DNA of 63,036 nt, counting the filler, from Octopus bimaculoides (taxonomy: Eukaryota), in assembly GCF_001194135.2 (NCBI RefSeq). It is 7 parts of 7 records of this genome, joined end to end, with 100 filler letters (N's around TTAATTAATTAA, not from the genome) between each part and the next. Parts side by side here need not be neighbours in the genome. Positions count along the whole stretch, not along the records: positions 17,532 to 41,153 come from NC_068981.1; 6 more parts are not named here. The stretch is one strand, 5' to 3'. The translations under genes and the position numbers were made by a program. Each line of letters starts with the position of its first letter. Position 1 is the first letter of the stretch. The notes beneath the pieces are model-generated. The model had not been told where the DNA came from and made no database searches. It saw only the letters and a list, made by a program, of their open reading frames with translations. Positions 25,561-36,933 of this stretch are shown piece after piece.

Positions 25561-25674
25561 CTCCTCCTCCTCCTCATTATTATTATTATTATAATTATTA
25601 TTATCATCATCATTGTTATTATTATAATTATTATAATTATCATCATCATCATCATCATCATTATTATTATTATT

Positions 25675-25767
25675 ATTAATAGAACAACGTCTGGTCTGGG
25701 AATCGAAACCGCGATCCTCCGACCGCGAGTCCGCTACCCTAACCACTGGACCATTGCGCCCCTCCAA
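25675..25767 (-). mobile_element. SINE family E, tRNA head only
   Basis: Reverse complement GGCGCAATGGTCCAGTGGTTAGGGTAGCGGACTCGCGGTCGGAGGATCGCGGTTTCGATTCCCAGACC aligns to 170-240. Confidence 0.7.
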
Positions 25768-26699
25768 ACATTGCTTATAGCATTCCATATCATTTGATAC
25801 CATTAATGAAAGATCTTTAGAATGATGATAAAGCATAATGATGTTCGAAAAATCTGCGAACATATCTGATCACTGCGTTTCTTTACACTCAAAGATTGCA
25901 AATCATAATTAACGTGCCACACAGTTCAACGCTTAGAAACGAAATATTATCAATGTATCCCCACCTTTTCTAGAAAACAATGAAGTAGGAAAATAACGGT
26001 AAAAAAGATTGTTGATCTAAGAAGTTTTACACCTCAATTACTCAGCAATAATTTAAAATTATTACTTTCCTGCTTCTCTTAGATGGGTCCGGGTTAATTG
26101 CAATGGTGAGATATTTACAAAAACAATTGAATGTACCCGATTGTCTGCTATTCCACCATAATAATAACTCACACAGCCAACAGAAAACGAAGCTGAAAAT
26201 CTTTCTCAATTTACGCCAGGTCATCTTGAAAGAAGAACGTTGAATAATGTAGTTATTGATCCAACAAATCTACAAAAATAAAATGAAAACCAAGACAGGA
26301 ACGGCTTGATCAAACAGAACTGCTCGTTCAAAACTTTACACGGAGATAAACAACACCATCAATAATAGAGCTTTCATCATACCTACACAGTTCCTGCAAC
26401 TTGTTAAATAGTAATCACTCAATAAGCCATTGCTGCCACAGTTACTATGAACTACCTCAATTAACGAATGATGATACATTTATTTTCTGCAATATGCAAT
26501 TAAAAGTATATTCACACATTTTTTAATAAGCAAATACCAAATAAATGTATAAACGTGTAGGAGAATATTTATTTGAACGGAAGAATGTATTTTCCTAGGC
26601 ATCCATACGTCAAGTTGTTATAAACCTTGTGCTGTCCACACTACAATTCTCAAGAGTAAACTTTTCAAAATACGTATGTTATTAAATTTGTTAGTCTCT

Positions 26700-26960
26700 A
26701 GCAGCAGCCGGAAACAGGTTAGTCTACTTCCGTTTCGTTGAAGGAATCACATACTAGCCTAGAGATTTTCTGTCAATATTTTCATCTGAAAAAAAAAAAA
26801 AAAAAAACTTCTAACAATTTCATCTCATAAATAAATAATTTTTGCTGACTTCCTGAAAGCATATAAATAAGCTGCAAGTACGATCAATATGGCGGCCATT
26901 TCAAAATTTTCATTTTGTTCCCGCGAGGCTTAAAAGGAAGCAAATCCGTTACATCATTCG
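26700..26960. promoter_or_regulatory. Candidate promoter-like island (YY1 and ETS motifs)
   Basis: AATATGGCGGCCATTT (26886-26901), CCGGAAAC (26708), ACTTCCGT (26726), CGGAAAT (~26959) in locally CpG-enriched unique sequence. Confidence 0.3.
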
Positions 26961-27024
26961 GAAATAGCTGTCGTCGTCGTTATTGTTATTATTACTATTA
27001 TTATCATAAGAATCATCATCATCG

Positions 27025-27058
<34 letters not shown>

Positions 27059-27113
27059 TATTATTATTACTATTATTATTATTGTTGTTGTTGTTTGTTG
27101 TTGTTGTTGTTGC

Positions 27114-27171
<58 letters not shown>

Positions 27172-27937
27172 TATGTAATCGTATTAATATTGCTATGTTT
27201 ATATTGAAATATTTTTTCTTTTATCAGTATAAAATGTACTTGATAACCNNNNNNNNNNNNNNNNNNNNNNNNNNNNNNNNNNNNNNNNNNNNNNNNNNNN
27301 NNNNNNNNNNNNNNNNNNNNNNNNNNNNNNNNNNNNNNNNNNNNNNNNNNNNNNNNNNNNNNNNNNNNNNNNNNNNNNNNNNNNNNNNNNNNNNNNNNNN
27401 NNNNNNNNNNNNNNNNNNNNNNNNNNNNNNNNNNNNNNNNNNNNNNNNNNNNNNNNNNNNNNNNNNNNNNNNNNNNNNNNNNNNNNNNNNNNNNNNNNNN
27501 NNNNNNNNNNNNNNNNNNNNNNNNNNNNNNNNNNNNNNNNNNNNNNNNNNNNNNNNNNNNNNNNNNNNNNNNNNNNNNNNNNNNNNNNNNNNNNNNNNNN
27601 NNNNNNNNNNNNNNNNNNNNNNNNNNNNNNNNNNNNNNNNNNNNNNNNNNNNNNNNNNNNNNNNNNNNNNNNNNNNNNNNNNNNNNNNNNNNNNNNNNNN
27701 NNNNNNNNNNNNNNNNNNNNNNNNNNNNNNNNNNNNNNNNNNNNNNNNNNNNNNNNNNNNNNNNNNNNNNNNNNNNNNNNNNNNNNNNNNNNNCACCACC
27801 ACCACCACCACCATAACACCACCACCACCCCCGCCACCGGCGCAACTACCACCACCACCACTACAACTAACACCAACACCATCACCAGTAGTATGACCAT
27901 CGCTTTCCCCCACTACCACCAAAACCACCACCAATCA

Positions 27938-27983
<46 letters not shown>

Positions 27984-28259
27984 ATTCTGCTGCTGCTGTT
28001 GCTGCCGCTGCTGTTGCAGCTGCTTTTGTCGTTGTTGTTGATGATGGTCTGAAGAGACAGAAAAAAATGCACAGAAACCTTTAACAGAGTTTACAAAATC
28101 GCGTGGGGTGCCACGGGACAGATTATACAAAGGCGAGGGGGAGCAGTGAAAGTCATTATACCATATATAATGAGACAAATTATATAAAAAAAAGCATAAA
28201 ACGCACATAAAAATTTACACGGAATAAGTAAAAAAATGTATAATTAAAAACAAAATATT

Positions 28260-29850
28260 TAAAACACGACATCTATACAAATTCATTGATTAGAGCAGAC
28301 CACATTCCTGATGAGGAAACCGCTCCATTTTCTTCGCATATTGTTCATAGCTGGAGTTCTTCGAATCTTCCATGAGGAGCTCTTGGGTTATAGAGGACAA
28401 ATGATGGTATACATTCTTTGGATTGCTGTTATATAACATTTCGTAATATGTCCTAACTTTGTACCAAAATTCTCTTAAGGTATTTTAAATGTGATCCTAT
28501 TTCCTTCCAAATCCATACTTCTTGAGGAAATTCCTTGTGAACTTTTTCTTAGACCTTTGTTTTATTTTGTTTAAGGGGGTGTCTGATATGGATACTCCTT
28601 CATAAGAGATGTGCCTCTCCTCAGCAACGGGTGTCTAGTTTTCACAGGAGCTGTAGCTTTCTTAGTGCAATTTTACTGTTTCCTTCGTGTTTTTATCCGT
28701 TTTCCGAAGAAGTCTGCCTATTTCCTTCATTCTCCTTATAACTGGATGAGATAGTACTGATGTGAAGAGGAGCTTCCAGGTCGTTTAATTGTTTTTGCTT
28801 TTGTTTTTGTAGTTGTTGTTGTGGATGATATCTCTTGTCTTCACCTGTTTTAGATGGGTGATGGGGTTATTGATTCTCACGATTTGCTTCTGTCAATGAA
28901 AACGGAAAACCATTTTGTTGACTCACAAGTTGTGCCTGGTGTCGTTTTAAGATCAGCAACTTCCAGCATTTGTGCACGTTGTTGCTGCTTTGTTCTACAA
29001 GGTTTTCTGTGCAGAAAACCATTAAATGACTTTTGTTGCAATATGTGTAAGTAGCTAGGACGTCCATGCTGGATGCTGAGTTTTAAGGCACTCACTATAG
29101 AATATAGTGAATGCCTGACATAGGACGTCTATGTTGGATGCTGAGTTCATTTCAGCACTCACTATAGAATAGATTTCTGGCATTGTTCAGTTTTTCTTTT
29201 AGGATCATGAGGACTTGTATAGCCATGATAACCCCACTCGGGTACATCTTGTCAAAAGCGGCATCTATTTTAACCATCTGTTCAGATTGTGAGCAAAGAA
29301 ATATGTAACCAGGAGTCAACGTCGCCATCGCTGAGCCTTAGAGTAATCCTTGTTCTTATTTTTCTCAAATATTATCATGGGTAGATGATCACCGACAATT
29401 TAGACTGGCGTTTAAGCCTAAACTTCTGTTTTATAGATGGCACACATGTTGCCTCATCCCCAACAAAATAGATTTTACTTAAAGTATCTTTAAAAGTTAT
29501 TTCCAAGTCTTCCTTGGGGTGGAACGAGGAAAGTACTTCCTTTAGAGCACTCTGTGATAAAAAACAGGTGCAATGCTACTAAACCTTAGGCCGTTCAGCA
29601 AAATATTCCACATTGAAGTCTTTCATTTTTTATTCGAAAGAAGGGTTCGAAAGGTAGTTCCGATGTTCTTATTTATGTTTCGCGTACCGTTGTTGTTAAC
29701 AAACACATTGCTTGTTATACCGTTTATGCCTGTTGATGTGTTATTGTTTCTTTTCTTTTCTTCCATTTGCTTTGTGTGTTCATTACTAGATATTTTGCAT
29801 TTTCTTTCTGGTTTGGAAGTTGTTTTGCGTGCTTTTATATAATCTTTCTG
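28260..29850 (-). mobile_element. Probable L1/Tx1-type ORF1 (gag-like) relic
   Basis: A-rich minus strand with long open stretches (CFLSQSALKEVLSSFHPKEDLEITFKD...; LREFWYKVRTYYEMLYNSNPK...). HGRP followed by a degenerate knuckle (Y/C)TYCNKSHLMVFC and a second CWK..RHQA..C. Many stops and frameshifts. Confidence 0.5.
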
Positions 29851-30274
29851 AGAGGTATATCTCGAAGAAGTGTTTGCCTTTTGCCTTTGAATTAGTTATA
29901 TAAAATGGGAATAGTTATCAGATAAATAAGTGTCCGAAGAAAAAATTACTTTTTTCACCTATGCATGCAAAACATCGAGAAATAACGCAGCTAAATTTAA
30001 GTACATCTGGCGAAGCGTCATCATCAGCAGCAATGTTAATAATATACATATTTTCTTTCATATTTCTTGCGTTTTGCTCGAGCAATTTTGTTTTTTTTAC
30101 AATTAAAAGGACGTATTTTCTGTCTTGTTTTTGTTTTAACGCAGTTTTGTTACGTTACCACGGGAGGTCACAAATTTTCTCAAATAGGGTGTTTTTTGTC
30201 CCAAAGAAGCAAGAAAGGGGATATTAATAATTAATTTTCTTTACAATTATTTACAATTAAAATAACTTTCTTTA

Positions 30275-30682
30275 CAGGAGTGGCTGTGTGGTAAGTGGCT
30301 TGCTTACCAACCACATGGTTCTGGGTTCAGTCCCACTGCATGGCACCTTGGATAAGTGTCTTCTACTATAGCTTCGGGCCGGCCAAAGCCTTGTGAGTGG
30401 ATTTGGTAGGCGGAAACTGAAAGAAGCCCGTCGTATATATATATATATATATGTATGTGTGTGCATATGTTTGTGTGTGTCTGTTTGTCCCCCCACTATC
30501 GCTTCACAACTGATGCTGGTGTGTTTACGTCTCCGTAAATTAACGGTTCTGCAAAAAGAGACATATGGAATAAGTACTAGGCTTACAAAGAATAAGTCCT
30601 GGGGTCGATTTGCTCGACTAAAGGCAGTGCTCCAGCATGACCGCAGTCAAATGCCTGAAACAAGTAAAAGAAATAAAAGAAA
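30275..30682 (+). mobile_element. SINE family A, full length
   Basis: Complete head, internal microsatellite and tail. Confidence 0.9.
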
Positions 30683-30789
30683 GAATTGTCCTTCACATCA
30701 AATTAGAAAATATATCCACACTGAAATAGTATTTAAATAACAAAACTGCTCTGTCGAAGAAAACACGTTCGACTCGAACAGAATCAAAG

Positions 30790-30990
30790 AGAAACAACAG
30801 CAACACTAGTTTCTGATTTAGGTACTAAACAAGAAATTGTGAGGAATTAGTCGATTATTTCGCTCTCAGTACTTGACTGGTACTTTATTTCATCGACCCC
30901 GTGAAGAATTAAGGCAAATTTGACCTCGGAAGGAATTGAAATCAAGATGTAGAGAGCCGGAACAAATATCGCTAAGTAATTTACCAGTAT
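30790..30990 (-). mobile_element. SINE family B, degenerate
   Basis: CATCGACCCCGTGAAGAATTAAGGCAAATTTGACCTCGG core. Confidence 0.65.
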
Positions 30991-31554
30991 GGCAACAATA
31001 TCTTTTAGAAAATCCTCCATGAAAGCCAGAGTACAATGACATGTAGATCAACGTTCTAGAATCCTGTTGAACGAAATGGAAAAGTTCCAATCATGCACCG
31101 GATAACTTTAATATCTACATAGACATACACGCACTTACATTACAGGTACACTTTCATGTATGAATGCTCTCGTATTTCCAATGAACTTACATGTAAATAG
31201 AAATTCCTTCTCACTGGTGATCCTTTCTGGTATTTAATTATGCTGACAAGTATTAGGAAAATGTTATCTAATGTTGCTATAAATTATCTGTAATATGGCG
31301 TTTTTCTTTAATAAGTAACATTAATCCACAAATTAAACCAATTCAAACTATCTGTGTAACTTAACACGATCTTCTGGGACTGAATTACTCAATTAGAAGT
31401 CCCTTGTGTATACAATTCAGTCATATTTAGTATTTTAAATTACTTCTTCCCTCTTTAATATTATAAGGAATTGCATAAATATAATTTTGTTCGTATGAAG
31501 CTACCTTCCGATGATGTTTCGGTAGTGACGATGGTATATTACTAATAAAAAAAA

Positions 31555-31770
31555 CTCCTTTCTATTAAAGGCACCGAGTCTGAAATTTTTGGGGAGCGGT
31601 CAAATCGATTACATCGATCCAGTGCTCAACTGGTACTTAATTTATCGACCCCGAAAGGATGGAAGGCAAAGTTGACCTCTGCTAAATTTGAACTCAGAAC
31701 ATAAAGACAGACCAAATGCCGCAAGGCATTTTGCCTGGTGCAGTAACAATTCTACCAGCTCGCCGCCTTA
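31555..31770 (-). mobile_element. SINE family B abutting (TAA)n
   Basis: Complete head (AAGGCGGCGAGCTGG) directly next to the 31770-31856 tract. Confidence 0.85.
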
Positions 31771-31788
31771 ATAATAATAATAATAATA

Positions 31789-31840
<52 letters not shown>

Positions 31841-31856
31841 TAATAATAATAATAAT

Positions 31857-32158
31857 TCTTTGGTGTTTGAATAATTCACCTTTGGAAACATGGGTGTTTT
31901 GCTCAACATCCTTAAACAAACCTTATTGAGGGACCTTTTGAGCGGGAGGGGCAACTCGACCTGAAAAAAATTCTAACTGGGCCCCACCTGCGAGGTCATG
32001 CGCTGTTTATCTTGATATGAGATCACCATGTCGCGCACATATGGTTGTGATGCATGTGCCTGGTGTACCCTTATCAGACGGGTGGTCATGATGGGTATAA
32101 TGGGCTTCGTATATTTTACCTCAATGTCACTTTGATGACATGCACTGCTCTCTCACTC

Positions 32159-32226
<68 letters not shown>
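31857..32226 (+). mobile_element. Unclassified ~300 bp element embedded between (AAT)n tracts
   Basis: GC-richer block flanked by (AAT)n on both sides; its 3' end recurs at 3261-3355; no Pol III boxes seen. Confidence 0.6.
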
Positions 32227-32229
<3 letters not shown>

Positions 32230-32425
32230 TATCTACTTCACAGAAGACAGTGTCAGAAATATGAGTAAAAAGATAAGCAATTGGAAAGCAGCTGGACTTG
32301 ATGGCGTACAGGGATTTTGGATGAAAAAAGGTAAGGAGATGCAATAAATTAATTAGAGAACAATTTAATGCATTGATCGATAGAGAAGAAGAAATCCCGG
32401 GCTGGTTGTCGAAAGGACGAATAGT

Positions 32426-32607
32426 ACAGCTCTATATTTAAGAGATGAGGAATTATGTACATTATTTACATTATATACATTCGACGGATATTTGTCCTCA
32501 TCTTGTTTGTTGTTAACACAACGTTTCGGCTGATATACCCTCCAGCCTTCTTCAGGTATCTTGGGCAAATTTCGAACCTGGGTTCTCATTCCTAAGGTAT
32601 TTTTCGA

Positions 32608-32653
<46 letters not shown>

Positions 32654-32830
32654 GTTATTATTATTGTTATTGTTCAGGTCATTACTTGGAATCGAACTCA
32701 GAATCTTGGGGTTATTAGCCCGCGCTCTTAACCACTACGCCATATGCCCGTTGTGTTAACATAGTGTTAACAACAAACAAGATGAGAACAAATATCCGTC
32801 CAATGTAAATAATGTAAATAATGTAAATAA
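32426..32830 (-). mobile_element. tRNA-headed, hammerhead-containing non-autonomous retroposon with inverted terminal copy
   Basis: TSD GGACGAA(T/C)AGT at 32415-32425 and 32831-32841; removing the insert restores the LINE frame GWLSKGRIVLCLKD. A box TGGCGTAGTGG (32732-42), B box GAGTTCGATTCC (32688-99), (AAT)n and hammerhead. Arm 32453-32522 is inverted at 32749-32830. Confidence 0.85.
32515..32560 (-). ncRNA. Minimal type-I hammerhead ribozyme
   Basis: GAUAC CUGAAGA A GGCUG[GAGGGUAUAU]CAGCC GAAAC GUU GUGUU: 5-bp stem I, perfect 5-bp stem II, loop-less palindromic stem III (AACGUU); one extra A after the core. Confidence 0.75.
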
Positions 32831-34849
32831 GGACGAACAGTGTTGTGTCTGAAGGATGCATCAAAGGGAAATGCTGCTGACAATTACAGGTCAATTTCCT
32901 GCCTCCCTTTAATGTGGAAGTTACTGTCAGGAGGAATTGCAGAAGAACTGTATAAATTTCTTGATGAGAACGATATACTACCGACGGAACAAAAAGGCTG
33001 TAGAAGGAGATGCAGAGATAGACGAAATGGTAACGCAAGATTGTAAACGAAGGAGAACAAATTTGGGAATGGCCTGGATTGACTATCGCAAAGCTTATGA
33101 TATGATTCTACATTCGTGTATCATAGAGTATTTAGATCTGTTTGGAATTGCGAGGAATGTAGCGTGTTTCCTGAAGAGAAGTATGGTGGAGTGGAAAACT
33201 AAACTGATATCCCACAGAAAATGATTGGGCACCCTGGGCATCAGAAGAGGGATTTTCCAGGGTGATAGCTTATCTTCACTGTTTTTTGTTCCCTGCATGT
33301 TTCCTCTGACCTTAAAAATTAGAAAATGAAATTAGGATATCAAGTAAAATCCCAAACAACCAGCCACCTCCTCTTTAAGGATGATTTGAAACTGTATGGC
33401 AAGGATGAGAAACAAGTGAGTTCCTTGGTGAACACGGTCCACTGTTTTAGTACTGATATTAGAATAGAATTCTGACTCGAGAAGTGTGGAATAACCTACC
33501 TATAAAGAGGCAAGGTACAGTCCCTAGAAGAGACAGAATTACAGAACGGAGAACTGATTAAACAAATTGAAACGGAAGGCTACAAATACATGGGCAGACT
33601 AGAGTTCAACGAGATAATGGAGAAGGAAATAAAAAAGCAACTGAGGATGGAATATTTCCGAAGACTAAGACTGATGTTGCGCTCAAAATTGACCGATGAA
33701 CTAAAATCCAAGAAGTTAATACATAGGTGATAACATGACTTCCGTATGGAGCTGGAATTATAAAATGGTAAAAGAAAGACCTGATGAAAATGGATACAAA
33801 GACAAGAAAAATGTTGACAGTACATGGAGCCTTCCACCCAAGGAGTAACACCGATAGGCTGTACTTGTTCAGAAGAAAAGGTGGGAGAGGATTGATCAGT
33901 CGCCAGGATTGTATCGAAGCAGAGGAAAACAGCTTAGGTTGGGATGTAAAAAATAAGCCGTGGAGCAATTGTTGAAACATTCGAAGAAGTCCGACGTCAT
34001 CAAAACTGAGAATTGAGAAATGAAAAAAAAAAAAAATTTTAAGGGAAAAGAACACGAAAGAAAAAATGCATGGAAGGAAAAGATGTAGATGTACAGACAG
34101 TTTGCAAGAGATACAAACGCCAAGACAGATACAAAAGATCGGTAGCTATGGATGAGGAGGAGTGACCTGAAGATAGAAACAGAAGCACTTATATGCGCAG
34201 TTCAAGAAGTAACGTTAAGGACCAACTATGTGAAGTGCAGAATAGACAACACTACCGACAGCAACAAATGCAGAATGTGTCGTGTGAGGGGTGAAACGGT
34301 ATGACGCATCGTTAACGAATGTTCGAAATTGACACAATACAAATACAAAAGATGACATGACAATGTGACAAGAACGATCCATTGGGTGTTCTGTGGAAAT
34401 CACGGCCTACAACGGGCAAAGGCGTGGTATGAGCAAACTTTAGAAGGAGTCATCAAGAATGAGAATTGCAAAATCCTGTGGGATACAATGATTCAGTGCG
34501 ATCACCAGAGCAGACATCGGAAAACGGACATTGTTGTGGTGAATAAAAACAAAAAAAACATGCATGATAATCGACATAGGATGTCCCGGTGACAACAGGA
34601 TCAAAGAGAAAGAAGAAAAACTGAACAACTATGACGATTTGAAGTGAGAAATACGAAGGTTGTGGTCAATGCGGAGAGTAGACGTGATACCAATAGTAAT
34701 TGGCGCACTTGGAAGTATCAGTACTCAACTACCAACGTGACTCAAAAAAATTGATAAAAGTAGAACACCTACAAAAATCGGTATTGCTTGGAACTGCAAT
34801 AAGCATGACTAGTAAACTAGTGTCACTTTAGTCTGCTGGCTTTGGCCAG

Positions 34850-35163
34850 CTGACAATACAAAAACCTGGAATTAGAGGTAACTCGAATGTGGTGTCTAAA
34901 AACAGAAACTATTCCTATCATAGTGGGCGAATTAGGTATAATAAAAAATATACTCTGACAAATACATAACAAAAACACCAGGACTAAGAAATATATATAG
35001 CATACAGAAACTAACACTATTGGGCACTGCACACATCCTACGTCAAACACTTTCAATACAGTAACCGTAAGAGCATCACAGCAAACCACAGCACATACCC
35101 AAGGCACACAGAGCTGCGCTCGGTAGTGAAGTGAAAGCACGTTATAAAAATAAAACTACTGAC

Positions 35164-35216
<53 letters not shown>
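34850..35216 (+). mobile_element. R4/Dong-like LINE 3' end, second subfamily, (AAT)n tail
   Basis: YKNLELEVTRMWCLKTETIPIIVGELG..IQKLTLLGTAHILRQTLSIQ*, then a 3' UTR and (AAT)n. Confidence 0.85.
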
Positions 35217-35219
<3 letters not shown>

Positions 35220-35696
35220 CGAGTGTGTAGCTTCAGAATAACAGAAAAGTGTTATGAACACGAACTGCAAGATCTCGTGGGGTTTTCCCATAAAAACTGA
35301 CCATATTGTTGAAACAAGAAACCCGGATACGATCATAGAGGACAAAATAAACAAACAGTGTAAGGTCATAGATTTTGTGATTCCTTTTGATAGAAGAGTT
35401 AATACCAAAGAAATTGAAAAAAATTGATAAACATCAGGATCTAGTTAGAGAGCTGAGGAGACTGTGTGGAAGACCAAGACAGCAATTATTCCTGTAGTCA
35501 CTGGTGAATTTGGCACAACACCCAGAATGCTACCTAAAAGATTGAAATCGACTGGAATTGAAACTTGCATTGTCGACCAGCAGAAAAGTACCGTCCTATA
35601 TACTGCATGTATCCTTAGAAAGATTCTTCAGATTTGAGGAGACTTGTTGTCACCAAACATCAAGATAAAATAACTGCTAAATTACCCGGCACTAGC

Positions 35697-35730
<34 letters not shown>
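35217..35730 (+). mobile_element. R4/Dong-like LINE 3' end, third subfamily
   Basis: NCKI.W.FPIKTDHIVETRNPDTIIEDK..CKVIDFVIPFDRRVNTKEIEK..IIPVVTGEFG..QKSTVLYTACILRKIL; (TTA)n tail. Confidence 0.85.
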
Positions 35731-35731
<1 letters not shown>

Positions 35732-36883
35732 GAGGATGATGATGATGATAATAACAATAATAATAATAATAACAATAATAATAACAATAATAATAATAAT
35801 AATCTGATAAAAGGTCGTAAATGCTTGGGTGTGGATATACTCGACTGAACCGATTCCAATACGTAATTGGTGCTTAGTTTATCGACAACAGCACAGCGCC
35901 CATTTTACTTTGCTAATTGTTTTTACATGCAGTAGGCGTCCCTAGGTATAGCTTTTTAATCATTCTCTTGGTTGATAGTTCTACGTCTTATTGACTCAGC
36001 CAGATGCGAATCTAGAATGTTTTAACAGATTATATTTAAAAACAACAGAAACGAAACCAAATCACTCTTCCATCTAATTCGAAACTTCAAATGTAGAGTC
36101 TATTATTTCAGTTAGTTCTTATTTATATAAGCCATTTAAAACTAAACTAATGTTTTCTTTGTGTTCCGTCTTTTTTCTTCTATTGTACCATTGTACATTG
36201 TACAATTCCTGTGTGTTTCCTTCGTCCCAAAATGGCAGCCTATTTGCACCTCACTAGGGCAATTCACTTAACTTTTATAAGTACAATAAATTTATGGAAA
36301 AACTTCCATTTGCACCATTCCAGAGACGTTAGTGAGAAGCAAACAACAATAGCACCACACTGGCATGCATACACACAAACACATACGTACATACTTTTAT
36401 ATATACTTATATACTTACATACTTATATACATACGTACATACTAACGCACGCAAACACACGCACGTCTTCCCCGCACAAATAATTATTATGACGATTAAT
36501 AACAAAAGCAACAGCAATAAAAATAACACCCATCAACGAAAACAACAGCTACGACCACAGCAAGAAGATGAACAACAGCATGAATAATTCACAACAATGC
36601 AACTGCAACAGATGCTGCTACTGCTGCAAAAATAAAAGAAAAACTAAAGAAAATTATCAGCTCTAGCAATCACAACAGCAATATCTGCAACTGTAACAAC
36701 AACGGCCTCAAAAACAACAAAATGAACTATAAGTGCACCAGTGACAACAGCAGTTAAGTTTGCAATACCGACAACAATATGCGTACATACAATCATACGT
36801 ATGTGCACGCGATCATGCATGCGTACATATAAACATATATCCATACATGTACACATACGTACTTACGTACGTACACACACACA

Positions 36884-36933
<50 letters not shown>

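Larger units (their letters stand above)
32227..34800 (+). mobile_element. R4/Dong-like RLE non-LTR retrotransposon, 5'-truncated pseudogene (RT + zinc knuckle + restriction-like endonuclease)
   Basis: NWKAAGLDGVQGFW; [15 protein letters not shown]; AWIDYRKAYD; GIFQGDSLS; LFKDDLKLY; RKGGRGL; CRMC..ETV..IVNEC; KILWD..RKTDIVVVNK..IDIGCPGD; IPIVIGALG. Many stops and frameshifts. Confidence 0.92.

Noticed and set aside
26083-26105. 23-nt plus-strand micro-exon candidate (AG|...|GTGAGA)
   Set aside because: Splice-like pairs this short are expected by chance in 63 kb; no supporting neighbours.
28308-28330. CTGATGAGGAAAC
   Set aside because: No room for stem II; lies antisense to the ORF1-like relic.
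31940-32010. HDV-like ribozyme in the AAT-tailed element
   Set aside because: A CUAA J4/2-like motif is present, but I could not find complementary P1 and P2 strands by eye.
32675-32749. Functional tRNA gene (also the heads at 170-240 and 25675-25767)
   Set aside because: Acceptor and T stems do not pair properly; these are SINE heads.
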